The notes under the pieces: generated by a model
What the model saw: the letters and a program-made list of their open reading frames with translations, nothing else
Database searches by the model: none
Told to the model about the DNA's origin: nothing
Position numbers and translations under genes: made by a program
Part shown: in pieces, positions 9,003 to 19,150 of the stretch
Position numbering within the stretch: position 1 is the stretch's first letter
Layout: each line of letters begins with the position of its first letter
From: Bacillus subtilis subsp. subtilis str. 168
Lineage (GTDB): Bacteria; Bacillota; Bacilli; Bacillales; Bacillaceae
Assembly (NCBI RefSeq): GCF_000009045.1
Contig: NC_000964.3
Location: 3,510,001 to 3,542,000, forward strand
Length of the DNA: 32,000 bases
Direction: 5' to 3'

Positions 9003-10033
9003 GCCTGCTTCGCACTGCCTTTCATTGTCCCCCGCTGCTCGAAAAACAGCTTGATGAGAAAAGTGAGCCGCCATTTACACAGTGCTAATACCAAACGCTC
9101 TCCTCTTAATAATTTCTCATGCTGAAACGGTGTATGTCTGACAGCCTGCCGCACCATGTCATAGGATAAAATCTGTCTGATCTTCTTTTTGATGTCTTTC
9201 GGCGAATTCGGAGAAGCACAGGCATTTGCCAAAAGCATCGGAAGCTGGTGCCTGCAAATGTACACATTCAAATCTTCTTTACATGCGCCTGCTAAGCCGT
9301 AGTGATTGTAGAATGCGATTTTAGCCTGATATTGTTTTTGAAGATGTTCATCCATCGCCGGCTTATAAGGGATTTCTGTCAGGCTGTTCGGGTTTTCACG
9401 ATAAATGTACAATCCTTCATCAAGCATTTTCACCCGCTCCGCTTCGCGAAAAGCGGACAAATTAAAGGGAGAGTCTTCAGCAAAACGGATGTCTTCATCA
9501 AACAGCAGATTCGCCCTTTCAAAAAGCTCACGACGGTAAAGATAACGCCATACATACCAGATAAATCTCGTTTCGTGAGCATGTTTAAGCTGTTCAGTCA
9601 TTTCTGGTTTCGTCAGCACGCGGTTTGCCTCAAGCTGCGGCGGCACATATGTCCGCCTGTCCGATGACTGCTTGTAAAAACCGCATCCGACGATGTCAAG
9701 CTGATTTTGCTCCGCTTCTTCAGTCAGCCTCTGGAACATGGCGGATGATACATAATCGTCTCCGTCTACAAAGCCGATGTAAGTGCCCCGCGCGGCCTTT
9801 ATTCCCGTATTTCGCGCTGAACTAAGCCCGCCGTTTGCCTGATGAATGACCCGGATTCTCGCATCCCGTTTTGCATAGTCCTCTGCAATTTCGCCTGAAC
9901 GATCCGGTGTTCCGTCATTCACGAGGATGATTTCAATATCAGAAAGCGTTTGACGAAGCAAAGAATCAATGCACTCTTCTATAAATGGTTCAACATTATA
10001 CATCGGGACAATAATGCTGACGAGCGGGATCAT
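8999..10033 (-). CDS. epsJ: family 2 glycosyltransferase
   Basis: 344 aa with an N-terminal GT-A fold (VSIIVPMYN, NDGTPD, VDGDD). Confidence 0.9.
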   Translation of the reverse strand: MIPLVSIIVPMYNVEPFIEECIDSLLRQTLSDIEIILVNDGTPDRSGEIAEDYAKRDARIRVIHQANGGLSSARNTGIKAARGTYIGFVDGDDYVSSAMFQRLTEEAEQNQLDIVGCGFYKQSSDRRTYVPPQLEANRVLTKPEMTEQLKHAHETRFIWYVWRYLYRRELFERANLLFDEDIRFAEDSPFNLSAFREAERVKMLDEGLYIYRENPNSLTEIPYKPAMDEHLQKQYQAKIAFYNHYGLAGACKEDLNVYICRHQLPMLLANACASPNSPKDIKKKIRQILSYDMVRQAVRHTPFQHEKLLRGERLVLALCKWRLTFLIKLFFEQRGTMKGSAKQA

Positions 10034-11106
10034 TGCGCTTCACCGCTGATTTTGTCACGCAGACCTTTAAAATACACATCTCTCGGAAAGCCTGCACGGG
10101 ATGTTTCTTTTGTTAAAAGCTCATTGACTGCGGCTGTTACGCGCTCTGGCTCCGGATGTTCTATCAGCTTCATGAACGGGATGTCTTTAAGCCATTGATA
10201 GCCCTCCATCACCTTATGGTCAAAGGAGCGAATGACAACACACGGCGTTCCTGTCAGCGCGCAAAAAATCATGCCATGAAGCCTGTCAGTGACGACGGCT
10301 TCTGCGCTTTGCAGCTTAGACCACAGTGCTTCAAGTTCATGTTCGCGTGTATCGCGGCTGACCCGGCGGCCGATCGTTGTCGTAAAGGATTTGATCTCGC
10401 CGAATTCCTCACATAGCGCAGCCTTGACCCGGTTCCTCTGCTCCTCCTGAAGCACGCTTTCCTGATCCTCGCGCAAACACATATAAACCCCTTCGCGTTC
10501 TGCGGGAGCCTTGCTTCTGTCTAAATACAGCACCATGTCCGGCTGCTTCAAAATTGTTTTTTCTTGAAAATGCTGTTTCATAAATTGATACGTTGTTTCA
10601 TCCCGCGCCATCAGCAATAGGCCGGGGTGCGCATTATAAATTTTCTGTGCCCGTTTCAGCTCTTTGCGCCCTTTTTTCGTGTCAGAAAAATGAGCCGTTG
10701 CCGGAAGCTGGACAACCCGATAGTCATGGAATGTTTTAATGATGAAGCGGCGCGTCCACTCCTCATAACGGTATAAATCCCCCATGTTTCCGCCGCCGAT
10801 GATAAAGACCATATCCTCCGGATGGCGCGAGCGGATCAGGCTTTTTGCTGATTTGTAAATGTCCTTCATATCGACCTCGACGATGTCAAAGTCCGGGTAT
10901 TCTTGCTCAAGAAATGCCTTGCTGGCATAAGCAATTGCGTGATCTCCCAAATTGTCATGGGACGGCAGCAGGGTCAGTATGATTTTTTTCTGATGTGCTG
11001 CGGCCTTTACCGGTTGATCTGCCGCTCCCAGCCAATATTGGGACGGGTATTTGACCTTTAGCAGCAGCCATTCTGCAAAATTGATTTTCAACGATTGTAA
11101 CGACAT
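10030..11106 (-). CDS. epsI: polysaccharide pyruvyl transferase family protein
   Basis: 358 aa. The motifs DNLGDHAI and GGGNMGDLYRYEE are paralogous to those in EpsO. Confidence 0.9.
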   Translation of the reverse strand: MSLQSLKINFAEWLLLKVKYPSQYWLGAADQPVKAAAHQKKIILTLLPSHDNLGDHAIAYASKAFLEQEYPDFDIVEVDMKDIYKSAKSLIRSRHPEDMVFIIGGGNMGDLYRYEEWTRRFIIKTFHDYRVVQLPATAHFSDTKKGRKELKRAQKIYNAHPGLLLMARDETTYQFMKQHFQEKTILKQPDMVLYLDRSKAPAEREGVYMCLREDQESVLQEEQRNRVKAALCEEFGEIKSFTTTIGRRVSRDTREHELEALWSKLQSAEAVVTDRLHGMIFCALTGTPCVVIRSFDHKVMEGYQWLKDIPFMKLIEHPEPERVTAAVNELLTKETSRAGFPRDVYFKGLRDKISGEAQ

Positions 11107-11110
11107 GTCC

Positions 11111-12145
11111 TCACCCTCTGTTTCTCATTTTGTACTCGATCACCCGCTGATACACAGCCGATGCCATAGCGACGAACGGAATCATTCTGTATTTCGCCAT
11201 CAGAAGCAGGCATGACCGTTTTGCGTCAAAAGGAGCAGTACCCGTTTTTGAAAGACTTTCTTGAAACACCGGGTCCGCGCATATCACGCCAACATTTCTA
11301 AGCTTTTCAAACAGCCGGCGGCTGCCGCTCGTTTTCCATTCATTCAGCATACAGATGCTGCTGTGAAGAACGATAAAGGTATCAAGCTCCTTGCGATACT
11401 CCTCCAGTTTGTTGTTCTCCTGTAAAAACGCCGCATTCGTCTCATACAGCGCAAGTCCTGATTCAAACAATTTTTTCTGATAGCGCTGCACAATGGAGGA
11501 AAGGTGAATTCGATAATGATAGAGCGGCGTTTTTACGTAGGATACTGAGCGGGCGAAAAAATGAGCCCTGAAGCTGAAAAACTGATCCTCGACATGCTCC
11601 AGCTCGCCTCGGAGCGGAAACGACAGCCGATGGGCTTCAATCATGCTTCTTCTGTACAGTTTGTTCCATGAAAACCCTCTGACCTTCCCTTCGAATAACG
11701 CCTTGATATAGTGCTCCTTCGGCTGATCCTGATAGGTTTGGGCAATGTCAGAGTCCATGGTTTTGCCAGTGTCCTCAAACTCTGCGGCGTAATTGCAAAT
11801 GACCAGATCAGTTTCATCGCCTGCTGTCCGGAGCATCTGCTCGCAATAATCAGGCTCAATCCAATCGTCTGAATCGATAAACGCGATAAATTCGCCGCGT
11901 GCAGCTTCAATGCCTTTATTCCGAACCGCACCGAGTCCCTGGTTTTCCTGATGAATCACCTTGAACCTGTTGTCCATTTTGGCGTATTCTTCTGCGATAT
12001 CCGGGCTGGCGTCAGCTGAACCGTCATTGACAATGATGATTTCAATATTGTCCATTGTCTGGTTCCGCAGTGATTCGAGACACGTTCTGATATATGTTTC
12101 TGTGTTATAAACAGCGACTAACAGACTAACCGCAGGTGTTTCCAT
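11111..12145 (-). CDS. epsH: family 2 glycosyltransferase
   Basis: 344 aa from ATG 12145 (METPAVSLLVAVYN), preceded by GAGGAG 9 nt upstream. Motifs NDGSAD and IDSDD are present. Confidence 0.9.
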   Translation of the reverse strand: METPAVSLLVAVYNTETYIRTCLESLRNQTMDNIEIIIVNDGSADASPDIAEEYAKMDNRFKVIHQENQGLGAVRNKGIEAARGEFIAFIDSDDWIEPDYCEQMLRTAGDETDLVICNYAAEFEDTGKTMDSDIAQTYQDQPKEHYIKALFEGKVRGFSWNKLYRRSMIEAHRLSFPLRGELEHVEDQFFSFRAHFFARSVSYVKTPLYHYRIHLSSIVQRYQKKLFESGLALYETNAAFLQENNKLEEYRKELDTFIVLHSSICMLNEWKTSGSRRLFEKLRNVGVICADPVFQESLSKTGTAPFDAKRSCLLLMAKYRMIPFVAMASAVYQRVIEYKMRNRG

Positions 12146-12169
12146 AATGACCGGCTCCTCGTGCATAAA

Positions 12170-13273
12170 TTACCGGGAAAAAATCGTTCTGTAAGGCAGA
12201 ACCGATGAATCGACCGGCATAAGCAAATAACTGTAAAGAAAATAACAAACAACGATAGCGATATAGATAAGAGCGTTCGATTTTTCATCAAATATCCTGA
12301 CGAAATAAGGGACTAGGATCATTTGATACAGACCGAAATAAATATTGAATCTGGCAAAAATCACGTCCTTTGTGGCCAAAAGGCCGAACAAAAAACCTAG
12401 CAGGCACAAATTGACGACAATATCAATTTGCGGCCACAGACTCCGCAGTCGTTCTTTATAGCAAAATGCAAGGAACAGCGGCAGAACCAAAACAGCGATT
12501 TTGATCACATTCATTCCATTTGTGTTCGTCATGAGCCATTTTTCATAATGGCTGTATGAGCTGTTTTCAAGTACAACGACAAACACAGAAATAAATTTTT
12601 GATATAAAAATGTCATGCCGAGAAATAAAGCGGATAGGCCGAATATCGCCGGTGACCAGGCTTTTCTTCTGACAATAAAGTACACTGGAATCATAATCAG
12701 CGCCGACGAATGAAAGAGCGAGCTGACCAGCACAATCAGGAAATATCGCTTCCAGTTCCCGCTAATGATATAACGGATCGCCCAAAACAAAACAGCTGCC
12801 ACCATGTATTGCCTGATGCCGTTAAAAGATGCGTAATAATGAAAGGTTCCCAAAAATAAAAAGACACTCAGCTCAAACGGCCTGCCATAGTCGGCGAGTG
12901 TCTTCATAATAAAGCTGTAGGTCACGACCGCCACCGTAAAATACATGATTTGAGGATCTTCCGTGATGAAATTCATCAGCCAAAGGAGTGCGGTAAACCC
13001 CGGATCTGTCGCTGTTTTCGCTGTGCCGAAACCGAATATCTGCCACACATTTTGATAATCGCCCGCCAATTCGTACAACAGCGTGTACGTCTGAAAATCC
13101 GTGCCGACTCGATAGCGGAGACCTGACACGAGCACAAGTGAAGCGAGCGGAATCCAGATCAAAAGCTTATTCGGCCGATACCCCGTGGCAAGCGAATCAT
13201 CACGGCCGCCGCACATTTTAGCGAACCAAGACCAAATAAATACAATCCCCATATTGACGGCATATACAATCAT
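12170..13273 (-). CDS. epsG: EpsG-family polytopic membrane protein (Wzy-like polymerase candidate)
   Basis: 367 aa, about 10 or more hydrophobic segments. ATGA-type overlap with the epsF stop. Confidence 0.88.
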
Positions 13274-14424
13274 CGGTTATGGTCCTTTTCCGTGCTGATG
13301 TTGTATACATTCAGCAGCGCTCCTACATTTTGCTGTGCATCGTAGCCAAGTTGAGCGAGTGTTTCTTTGATGAACTCACGCTTCGGCCTGCCTGCGGCGG
13401 CCGCCCTTGCAATGGTTTCAGCCCAGACGCTGATCGGCTCAGAAAGACTTAATCTTGTGACAAGCCCGAGACCGGCGTCGACTTTTTCTGTAATGCTGTC
13501 TGAAATGATGCATGGAAGCCCCGACGCCTGCGCTTCCACAAGCACAACCGGCAAGCCTTCGTACAGAGACGGCATGACAAATACATCGAATGTTCGCATC
13601 AGTTCATGGATCCGTTCTTCCGTGCCTAAAAAGAGGACGTCTGATAGCAAATTCTGCTGCCGCGCCTCCTCCTCTATCTCCCCGCACAACGGCCCGTCTC
13701 CCGCCAGAACGAGCTGAAAGCGAATGCCTCTTTCCTTGAGATGTGCGGCAAGCTTCAACAGGAACGCGTGGTTTTTCACTTCATGAAACCGGGCCACATG
13801 GCCAATGATGAGCCGGTCGGCTGCAATGCCGCGTGCTGCTTTTTCTTCATCAGCCGCCTGCCCATTTGGGGCGAACAACTCAAGGTCAATCCCGTTAGGA
13901 AGAAGGTGAACACGCTCCCGCTCCATATTGGACTGTCCAAATAAAAACCTGCCCGCATCCTCTCCGCAGGCACACAGCGCTGTCGCATTTGCCAAAATGA
14001 GCCGCCTGAACACGAGCAGCTGCAATCGATCCTTCCAGTTGAAGCCGGTCTTCCAAGACGTATTGTGGGAGTGGCATACCCTGACCGGCACTCCGGCGAG
14101 CCTTGCCGCAAGGGCGATAAAACCCGTTTGGAAATCCGTGTGCGCATGAACGGCGCTGAACGGCCCATTTTCTTTTATCGCGTTTCTCACATTCCTCACA
14201 AATGTAAGGGGATTGCTTTGCCCAATGCTCGGGACATAAAAAAGCCGCCCGCCTAAAGATAAAATCTCTTCATCATAAGCGCACGGATCATTTCGATACG
14301 TTAAAAAATCAAATTGCACTTTGCTTTTGTCCATCTTCCGATATAAATTCATTACCATGGTTTCCGCGCCGCCCCTGTTCATGCCGCTGAGAACATGGAG
14401 CACGCGCTTTTGGCTGCTATTCAT
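13270..14424 (-). CDS. epsF: family 4 (GT-B) glycosyltransferase
   Basis: 384 aa from ATG 14424 ([14 protein letters not shown]), with RBS AAGGAAGGG 10 nt upstream. The [14 protein letters not shown] motif is present. Confidence 0.88.
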
Positions 14425-15253
14425 GCTTGACAAGCCCTTCCTTTTGGTTCATCACTCTTTTTTTATGGTAGCGATTCATCACAGCTGCAGGCATAAAGGC
14501 GCGAATTAACGGTTTTGCGATATATATGTAATCAGATAAAGGAAGCTTCAAGCGTCTGCACGCCTGATAGACAAGAATGGCATTGTCGATTGAATACGTA
14601 AATGACCGCCGTTTGAATGCATCGCTGTCTTCCCTCACTTTATACAAGGCTTCCTGAAGATTATAGCCCCTGAAGCCCTCTTCAAAAAAGCGAAGCCACA
14701 AATCAATATCTTCCATTCGTCTCGTCCGCCGCACCGACCGGTAGCCTTTCAGCGTGCGGTAGGCACTCGCTCTCATCATAATCGTGCCGTGGCAAAATGG
14801 AGTCCCTTTTGCCATGATGCCCGGCTCCGGAACAGAAGGCAGAATGCGGGCGCCTCTTACGCCAAATTCATCAAACACAAGCATGCCGGTGCCAACCACC
14901 TGATAGTGTCGGTGCTTTTCTAAAAACGCGACCTGCTTTTCCAGACGGCGCGGAAACGAAAGGTCATCTCCGTCCTGACGTGCGATATAATCGCCTGTCG
15001 CATGCGAAAGACAATGATTTAATGATGCGGCAAGCCGCTTATTTGTTTTGTTTTGAATCAGTTTGATGCGGTCGCTGTAATGAGCGGCATACTGCTTCGC
15101 GATACGGAGCGTGCCGTCTGTTGACGCATCATCGCACAAAATCAGCTCCCAATTTTTATAGGATTGGCTGAGTATGGATTCTATGCTTTCTGCCAAAGTG
15201 CGTTCGCAATTATAAATGCCCATAATGACAGAAACTTTCGGTCCTGAGTTCAT
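14417..15253 (-). CDS. epsE: family 2 glycosyltransferase, also the flagellar clutch protein
   Basis: 278 aa with motifs VSVIMGIYN, CDDASTD and RQDGDD. The sequence is recognised as EpsE. Confidence 0.92.
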   Translation of the reverse strand: MNSGPKVSVIMGIYNCERTLAESIESILSQSYKNWELILCDDASTDGTLRIAKQYAAHYSDRIKLIQNKTNKRLAASLNHCLSHATGDYIARQDGDDLSFPRRLEKQVAFLEKHRHYQVVGTGMLVFDEFGVRGARILPSVPEPGIMAKGTPFCHGTIMMRASAYRTLKGYRSVRRTRRMEDIDLWLRFFEEGFRGYNLQEALYKVREDSDAFKRRSFTYSIDNAILVYQACRRLKLPLSDYIYIAKPLIRAFMPAAVMNRYHKKRVMNQKEGLVKHE

Positions 15254-16395
15254 ACGCTTTTCTCCTTTGTATCCATATCCATGTACGCGGAATAAATATC
15301 TGCCATTTCTTCCACCGTTCGCGCCTCCGAGAAGCGCAAGGCTGTTTTTCGGCCTTCCTGTCCCAGCTTTCGGCAGAGCTCCGGCTTATGGTAAAGCTGT
15401 TCAATCCGGCGGGCAAAAGCAGCACTGTCACCGATTTTGATCAGAAAACCGTTTTCTCCGTCGCGGATGATTTCCCGATGCCCGCGATTATCTGTGGCGA
15501 TCGCCGGTTGTTCTGCCGCCATTCCCTCAAGCACATTCATACCGAGGCCTTCTCTAATGCTGGATGCGACAGATACATCCGCAAGCTGAATCAACTCATG
15601 TATGTCGCTGCAAAAGCCGTAAAAACAGACATGGGCGGAGGCACCAAGCTTTTCAGCTAACGTTTGATACGTATGTTCCATTGCCCCTTCCCCGGCAAAC
15701 ACAAGGCGGAGTGAGGGAATTTTTTCTTTTAGCAAGGCTGCGGCTTCAATTAACTGCTTCTGGTTTTTGTTCAGATTGAGCTCAGCCGGATAAACCAATA
15801 TAAAATCATCTTCACGGAACCCGTGCTTTTCTCTGAGTCTTTGCTGCTCTATCGGACTGACAGGCCGGAAACGCTCGGTATTGACGCCAATGCCGTGAAT
15901 TTTCTGCGTCCTTCCGCCCGGCCTTTGAAGTCCTTTCGCCCGTATGTAATCCTCTTCATTAATCGTAATCAGGCAGTCTGTATATGCTGAAAGCCATTTC
16001 TCAACCGGATAGTAAAGAAGCCAATTTTTCATCGGTGCCCCTTTGCAGAAGTGAAATCCGTGCGCTGTGTACAGCACCTTTGTTCCGTGCCGCCGTGCCT
16101 GCCTCGCCGCCAGTCTGGCGAGAACGCCGCCGACCGGTGTATGGCAATGGACAATGTCGTATTCATAAGTGTCAATCACTTTCTTCAGCTGCCTATAAAC
16201 GGCCAGGTTCTGAGGGTCAAAAGGTGACCTGCGAATCGGGATGGAGAATTTCTCATCCACATACGGCAGCTTGGTTTGTCCGTTCGCGGCGACATGAACC
16301 TCCCAGCCCATTTGCTTGAACCATTTAAAATAAGGGAGGTGAAAGGCCTTAAAATGATAATCAACAGTCGCGCAAAACAATATCTTTTTCGTCAT
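15250..16395 (-). CDS. epsD: family 4 (GT-B) glycosyltransferase
   Basis: 381 aa from ATG 16395 (MTKKILFCATVDYH), after the RBS AGGGGGAG. The EGLGMNVLEGMA motif is present. Confidence 0.9.
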   Translation of the reverse strand: MTKKILFCATVDYHFKAFHLPYFKWFKQMGWEVHVAANGQTKLPYVDEKFSIPIRRSPFDPQNLAVYRQLKKVIDTYEYDIVHCHTPVGGVLARLAARQARRHGTKVLYTAHGFHFCKGAPMKNWLLYYPVEKWLSAYTDCLITINEEDYIRAKGLQRPGGRTQKIHGIGVNTERFRPVSPIEQQRLREKHGFREDDFILVYPAELNLNKNQKQLIEAAALLKEKIPSLRLVFAGEGAMEHTYQTLAEKLGASAHVCFYGFCSDIHELIQLADVSVASSIREGLGMNVLEGMAAEQPAIATDNRGHREIIRDGENGFLIKIGDSAAFARRIEQLYHKPELCRKLGQEGRKTALRFSEARTVEEMADIYSAYMDMDTKEKSV

Positions 16396-16406
16396 TTTCA
16401 CTCCCC

Positions 16407-18203
16407 CTAATGAACGCTGGCAGCCGTCATTTCTTCTGATGTATTGATTGCCGCAAACAGCCTCGCTCTCAGGTCGGCTTCCGGCAGCTCATGAAAATCC
16501 TCGATAAAGCGCATCAGCACCGGCCAATCGCCGTCCACCGCTTTACCGATGTGAATTTTTGGAAAGATTTGTTCAGCATGGACTTCATTTTTGTTCAGCA
16601 ATTCTTCATACATTTTTTCGCCCGGACGAATGCCTGTGAATTCGATTGGAACCTGCTCAGTCGTGTAGCCGGACAAATGAATGAGGTTTTTGGCAAGATC
16701 CACAATCTTTACGGGCTCTCCCATATCGAGAACGAAAATTTGACGCCCTTTCGCCAGTGCCCCAGCCTGAATCACAAGCCTTGATGCCTCGGGAATCGTC
16801 ATGAAATAGCGGGTCATTGCCGGATGTGTTACTGTCACCGGGCCGCCTTTTTCAATCTGTTTTTTGAAAATTGGAATGACGCTGCCGCGGCTCCCGAGTA
16901 CATTGCCGAAGCGAACAGCAACAAATTTGGTTCTGCTGACTTTCCCAAGATTCATAATAATCATCTCTGCGAATCGTTTTGTCGCCCCCATTACGTTGGC
17001 TGGGTTCACCGCTTTGTCCGATGAAATCAGCACGAATGTCTCAGTTCCCGACATATCGGCTGCTTCCGCGACATTTTTTGTTCCGATAATATTGTTTTTG
17101 ACCGCCTCTTCTGGATTGTGTTCCATTAAAGGCACATGCTTATGGGCAGCTGCATGATAGACAACATGCGGCTCGTATTTTTTCATCAAGGTAAACATTT
17201 TATCGCGGTCCTGCACATCAGCGATTTCCGTATGGAACACAATGTGTTTGCCGAATCGTCCGTTCAGCTCTGTATAAATCGAATGAATGCTGTTTTCCCC
17301 ATGGCCGAGCAGAATGATTTCCTTAGGCTGAAACGCGCTGATCTGACGGCAGATTTCCGAGCCGATTGATCCGCCCGCTCCCGTGACGAGAACTGTTTTT
17401 CCTTTGATGCGGTTCGAAATTTCGCTAGTGTCGAGGGTTACCGGCTTTCTGCCGAGCAAGTCCTCAGCTTTTACATCTCTGATTTGTCCGGCAGTTCGTG
17501 TGCCAAGCAGCATTTCATCAAAATGAGGCATAATTTTAATGCTTACTCCGGTTCGCACACATTCTTTATATAACACCTGAAGCTCATGGGTGCGGAGTGA
17601 AGGAATGGCAATAATAATATAATTAATTTTGAGCTTTTGCACCGCAGGCATGATACTTTCTTTTCCGCCGATTACGGGCAGCCCCATAATTTCTAATTTA
17701 TGCTTCGTTTGGTCGTCATCAATAAAAGCGACAGGTATGATATCAGGTTCATCTTTCGAAAGCAGCTGCCTGACCATCAGAGTCCCACCTGAGCCCGCCC
17801 CGATAATCAGCGCGCGGGACGAGGCGCAGCGTTTTTTCCTGATGCTTTCGTTTAATACTCTGGATAAAATACGGGTCCCTCCAATAGACAAAAGCTGAAG
17901 CACCCAGCACGCGGTTAACAGACGGAAGAACATCGTGTGATACACAGCATACTGAATGACGCCGGTCACAGCGGCTGAAAGCGTAATGCCCTTAAGCAGG
18001 ACAATCAGCTCGCCAAGCCCGGTGTATGTCCACACCTGTTTATACTGATTGAACAGGAAAGCACACACATGATAGCTGAGGAGCAAGCTGACAGCGGTAA
18101 GCAGTAATGCTCCGGAGTCATAAAATTGATAGGAATCTTTTAAAAATTGATATCCTGCAATAACTGAATTTAAAACGAGGTAAGTATCCAGCGCAATAAT
18201 CAT
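16407..18203 (-). CDS. epsC: membrane-anchored NAD-dependent UDP-sugar 4,6-dehydratase (CapD/PglF-like)
   Basis: 598 aa from ATG 18203 (MIIALDTYL), with GGAG 10 nt upstream. N-terminal TM segments and two Rossmann motifs (IIGAGSGG, VTGAGGSIGSE) are present. An alternative TTG start at 18227 follows AGGGGGG. Confidence 0.9.
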   Translation of the reverse strand: MIIALDTYLVLNSVIAGYQFLKDSYQFYDSGALLLTAVSLLLSYHVCAFLFNQYKQVWTYTGLGELIVLLKGITLSAAVTGVIQYAVYHTMFFRLLTACWVLQLLSIGGTRILSRVLNESIRKKRCASSRALIIGAGSGGTLMVRQLLSKDEPDIIPVAFIDDDQTKHKLEIMGLPVIGGKESIMPAVQKLKINYIIIAIPSLRTHELQVLYKECVRTGVSIKIMPHFDEMLLGTRTAGQIRDVKAEDLLGRKPVTLDTSEISNRIKGKTVLVTGAGGSIGSEICRQISAFQPKEIILLGHGENSIHSIYTELNGRFGKHIVFHTEIADVQDRDKMFTLMKKYEPHVVYHAAAHKHVPLMEHNPEEAVKNNIIGTKNVAEAADMSGTETFVLISSDKAVNPANVMGATKRFAEMIIMNLGKVSRTKFVAVRFGNVLGSRGSVIPIFKKQIEKGGPVTVTHPAMTRYFMTIPEASRLVIQAGALAKGRQIFVLDMGEPVKIVDLAKNLIHLSGYTTEQVPIEFTGIRPGEKMYEELLNKNEVHAEQIFPKIHIGKAVDGDWPVLMRFIEDFHELPEADLRARLFAAINTSEEMTAASVH

Positions 18204-18227
18204 TGACAGTCTTCTCCGGTAACTCAA

Positions 18228-18461
18228 CCTTTTCCCCCCTAATTCTTTTATCGGTTTAGCTGCGGCGGTTTTCGTCTCTCCAAAAAATCGGCAGCAGCTA
18301 AACCGACAATACGTCCTATGTATATATGAGATAAGTGGGCATTTAACCCATCCTCACGCCCCGCCAGCGACGACCAGCATCTAAGGCAGCAACTTCAGCT
18401 GCCCACAGCAGAGCCGAGTGCCTCCATTGATACAGGTCAGGAGACATCACCTTTACAAAAA
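18228..18461 (-). promoter_or_regulatory. eps-associated RNA (EAR) processive-antitermination element in the epsB-epsC spacer; boundaries approximate
   Basis: This is the only long non-coding gap inside the operon. It is relatively GC-rich and contains a perfect 12-bp stem, CGGTTTAGCTGC (18252-18263) / GCAGCTAAACCG (18294-18305), plus further GCAGC/GCTGC pairings. The position matches the described EAR. Confidence 0.7.
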
Positions 18462-19145
18462 CTAGTAGGAATAGTGTTCCGATTTTTTCATTTTCTTTTT
18501 GTTTAAAAGAGCGCCTAACAGCTTCGCATTGGATTGTTCCAGTGCATCTTTTGCTTTCAGAACGGTATCGGTTTTTGTTTTTCCGCTTAAAACGACGAGC
18601 ACGCTGCCGTCTGTCTGATTTGCTAGAATCTGAGCATCTGCAACAGCCAAAAGAGGAGGGGAATCAAAGATGACGAGGCTGAATTGTTCATAGATCTCAG
18701 ATATTAAATCTCCCATTGCTTTTGAAGACAACAGTTCTGCCGGGTTTGGCGGGGTCGGCCCGCTTGTCAGTACATATAAGTTATCGATCGGCGTCTTTTG
18801 CACCGTCTCACTGAGTGAAGCATTGCCGACCAGCACATTTGTCAGCCCGGTTACATTATCAACCTGAAACGTCTGATTGATGGTCGGCTTTCTTAAATCG
18901 GCATCCACCAGCAGTACTTTCTTTTCCTGCTGCTGCGCAAAGACAGCCGCAAGATTCGCTGCACTGAACGATTTACCTTCACCAGGCACAGAGGAGGTGA
19001 CGAGGATAGATCGCAAGTTGGTCTGGACAGATGAGAACTCAATGTTTGTCCGAATGGTGCGATATTGTTCCGCAACAACTGATTTATTGTGTAAAACAGA
19101 TATTTGAGCCAAACCTCGCCTTGCTTTCTTTTTTCTAAAGATCAC
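18462..19145 (-). CDS. epsB: bacterial tyrosine (BY) kinase, cytoplasmic ATPase subunit
   Basis: 227 aa from GTG 19145 ([11 protein letters not shown]), with GGGGAG 8 nt upstream. Walker A is PGEGKS. The C-terminal Tyr cluster is SEHYSY. Confidence 0.9.
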
Positions 19146-19150
19146 TCGCT

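Noticed and set aside
8688-12175. Possible internal intrinsic terminators in the eps operon. Examples are the minus-strand GCCGCTTGCGGGTTCGGC followed by T7 inside epsK (8688-8712), and other A-runs at 7445, 8281, 11556 and 14238.
   Set aside because: The stems are only 3-4 bp or absent, and I cannot compute folding energies. They are not strong enough to call, although EAR-dependent readthrough implies that some pause or termination sites exist.
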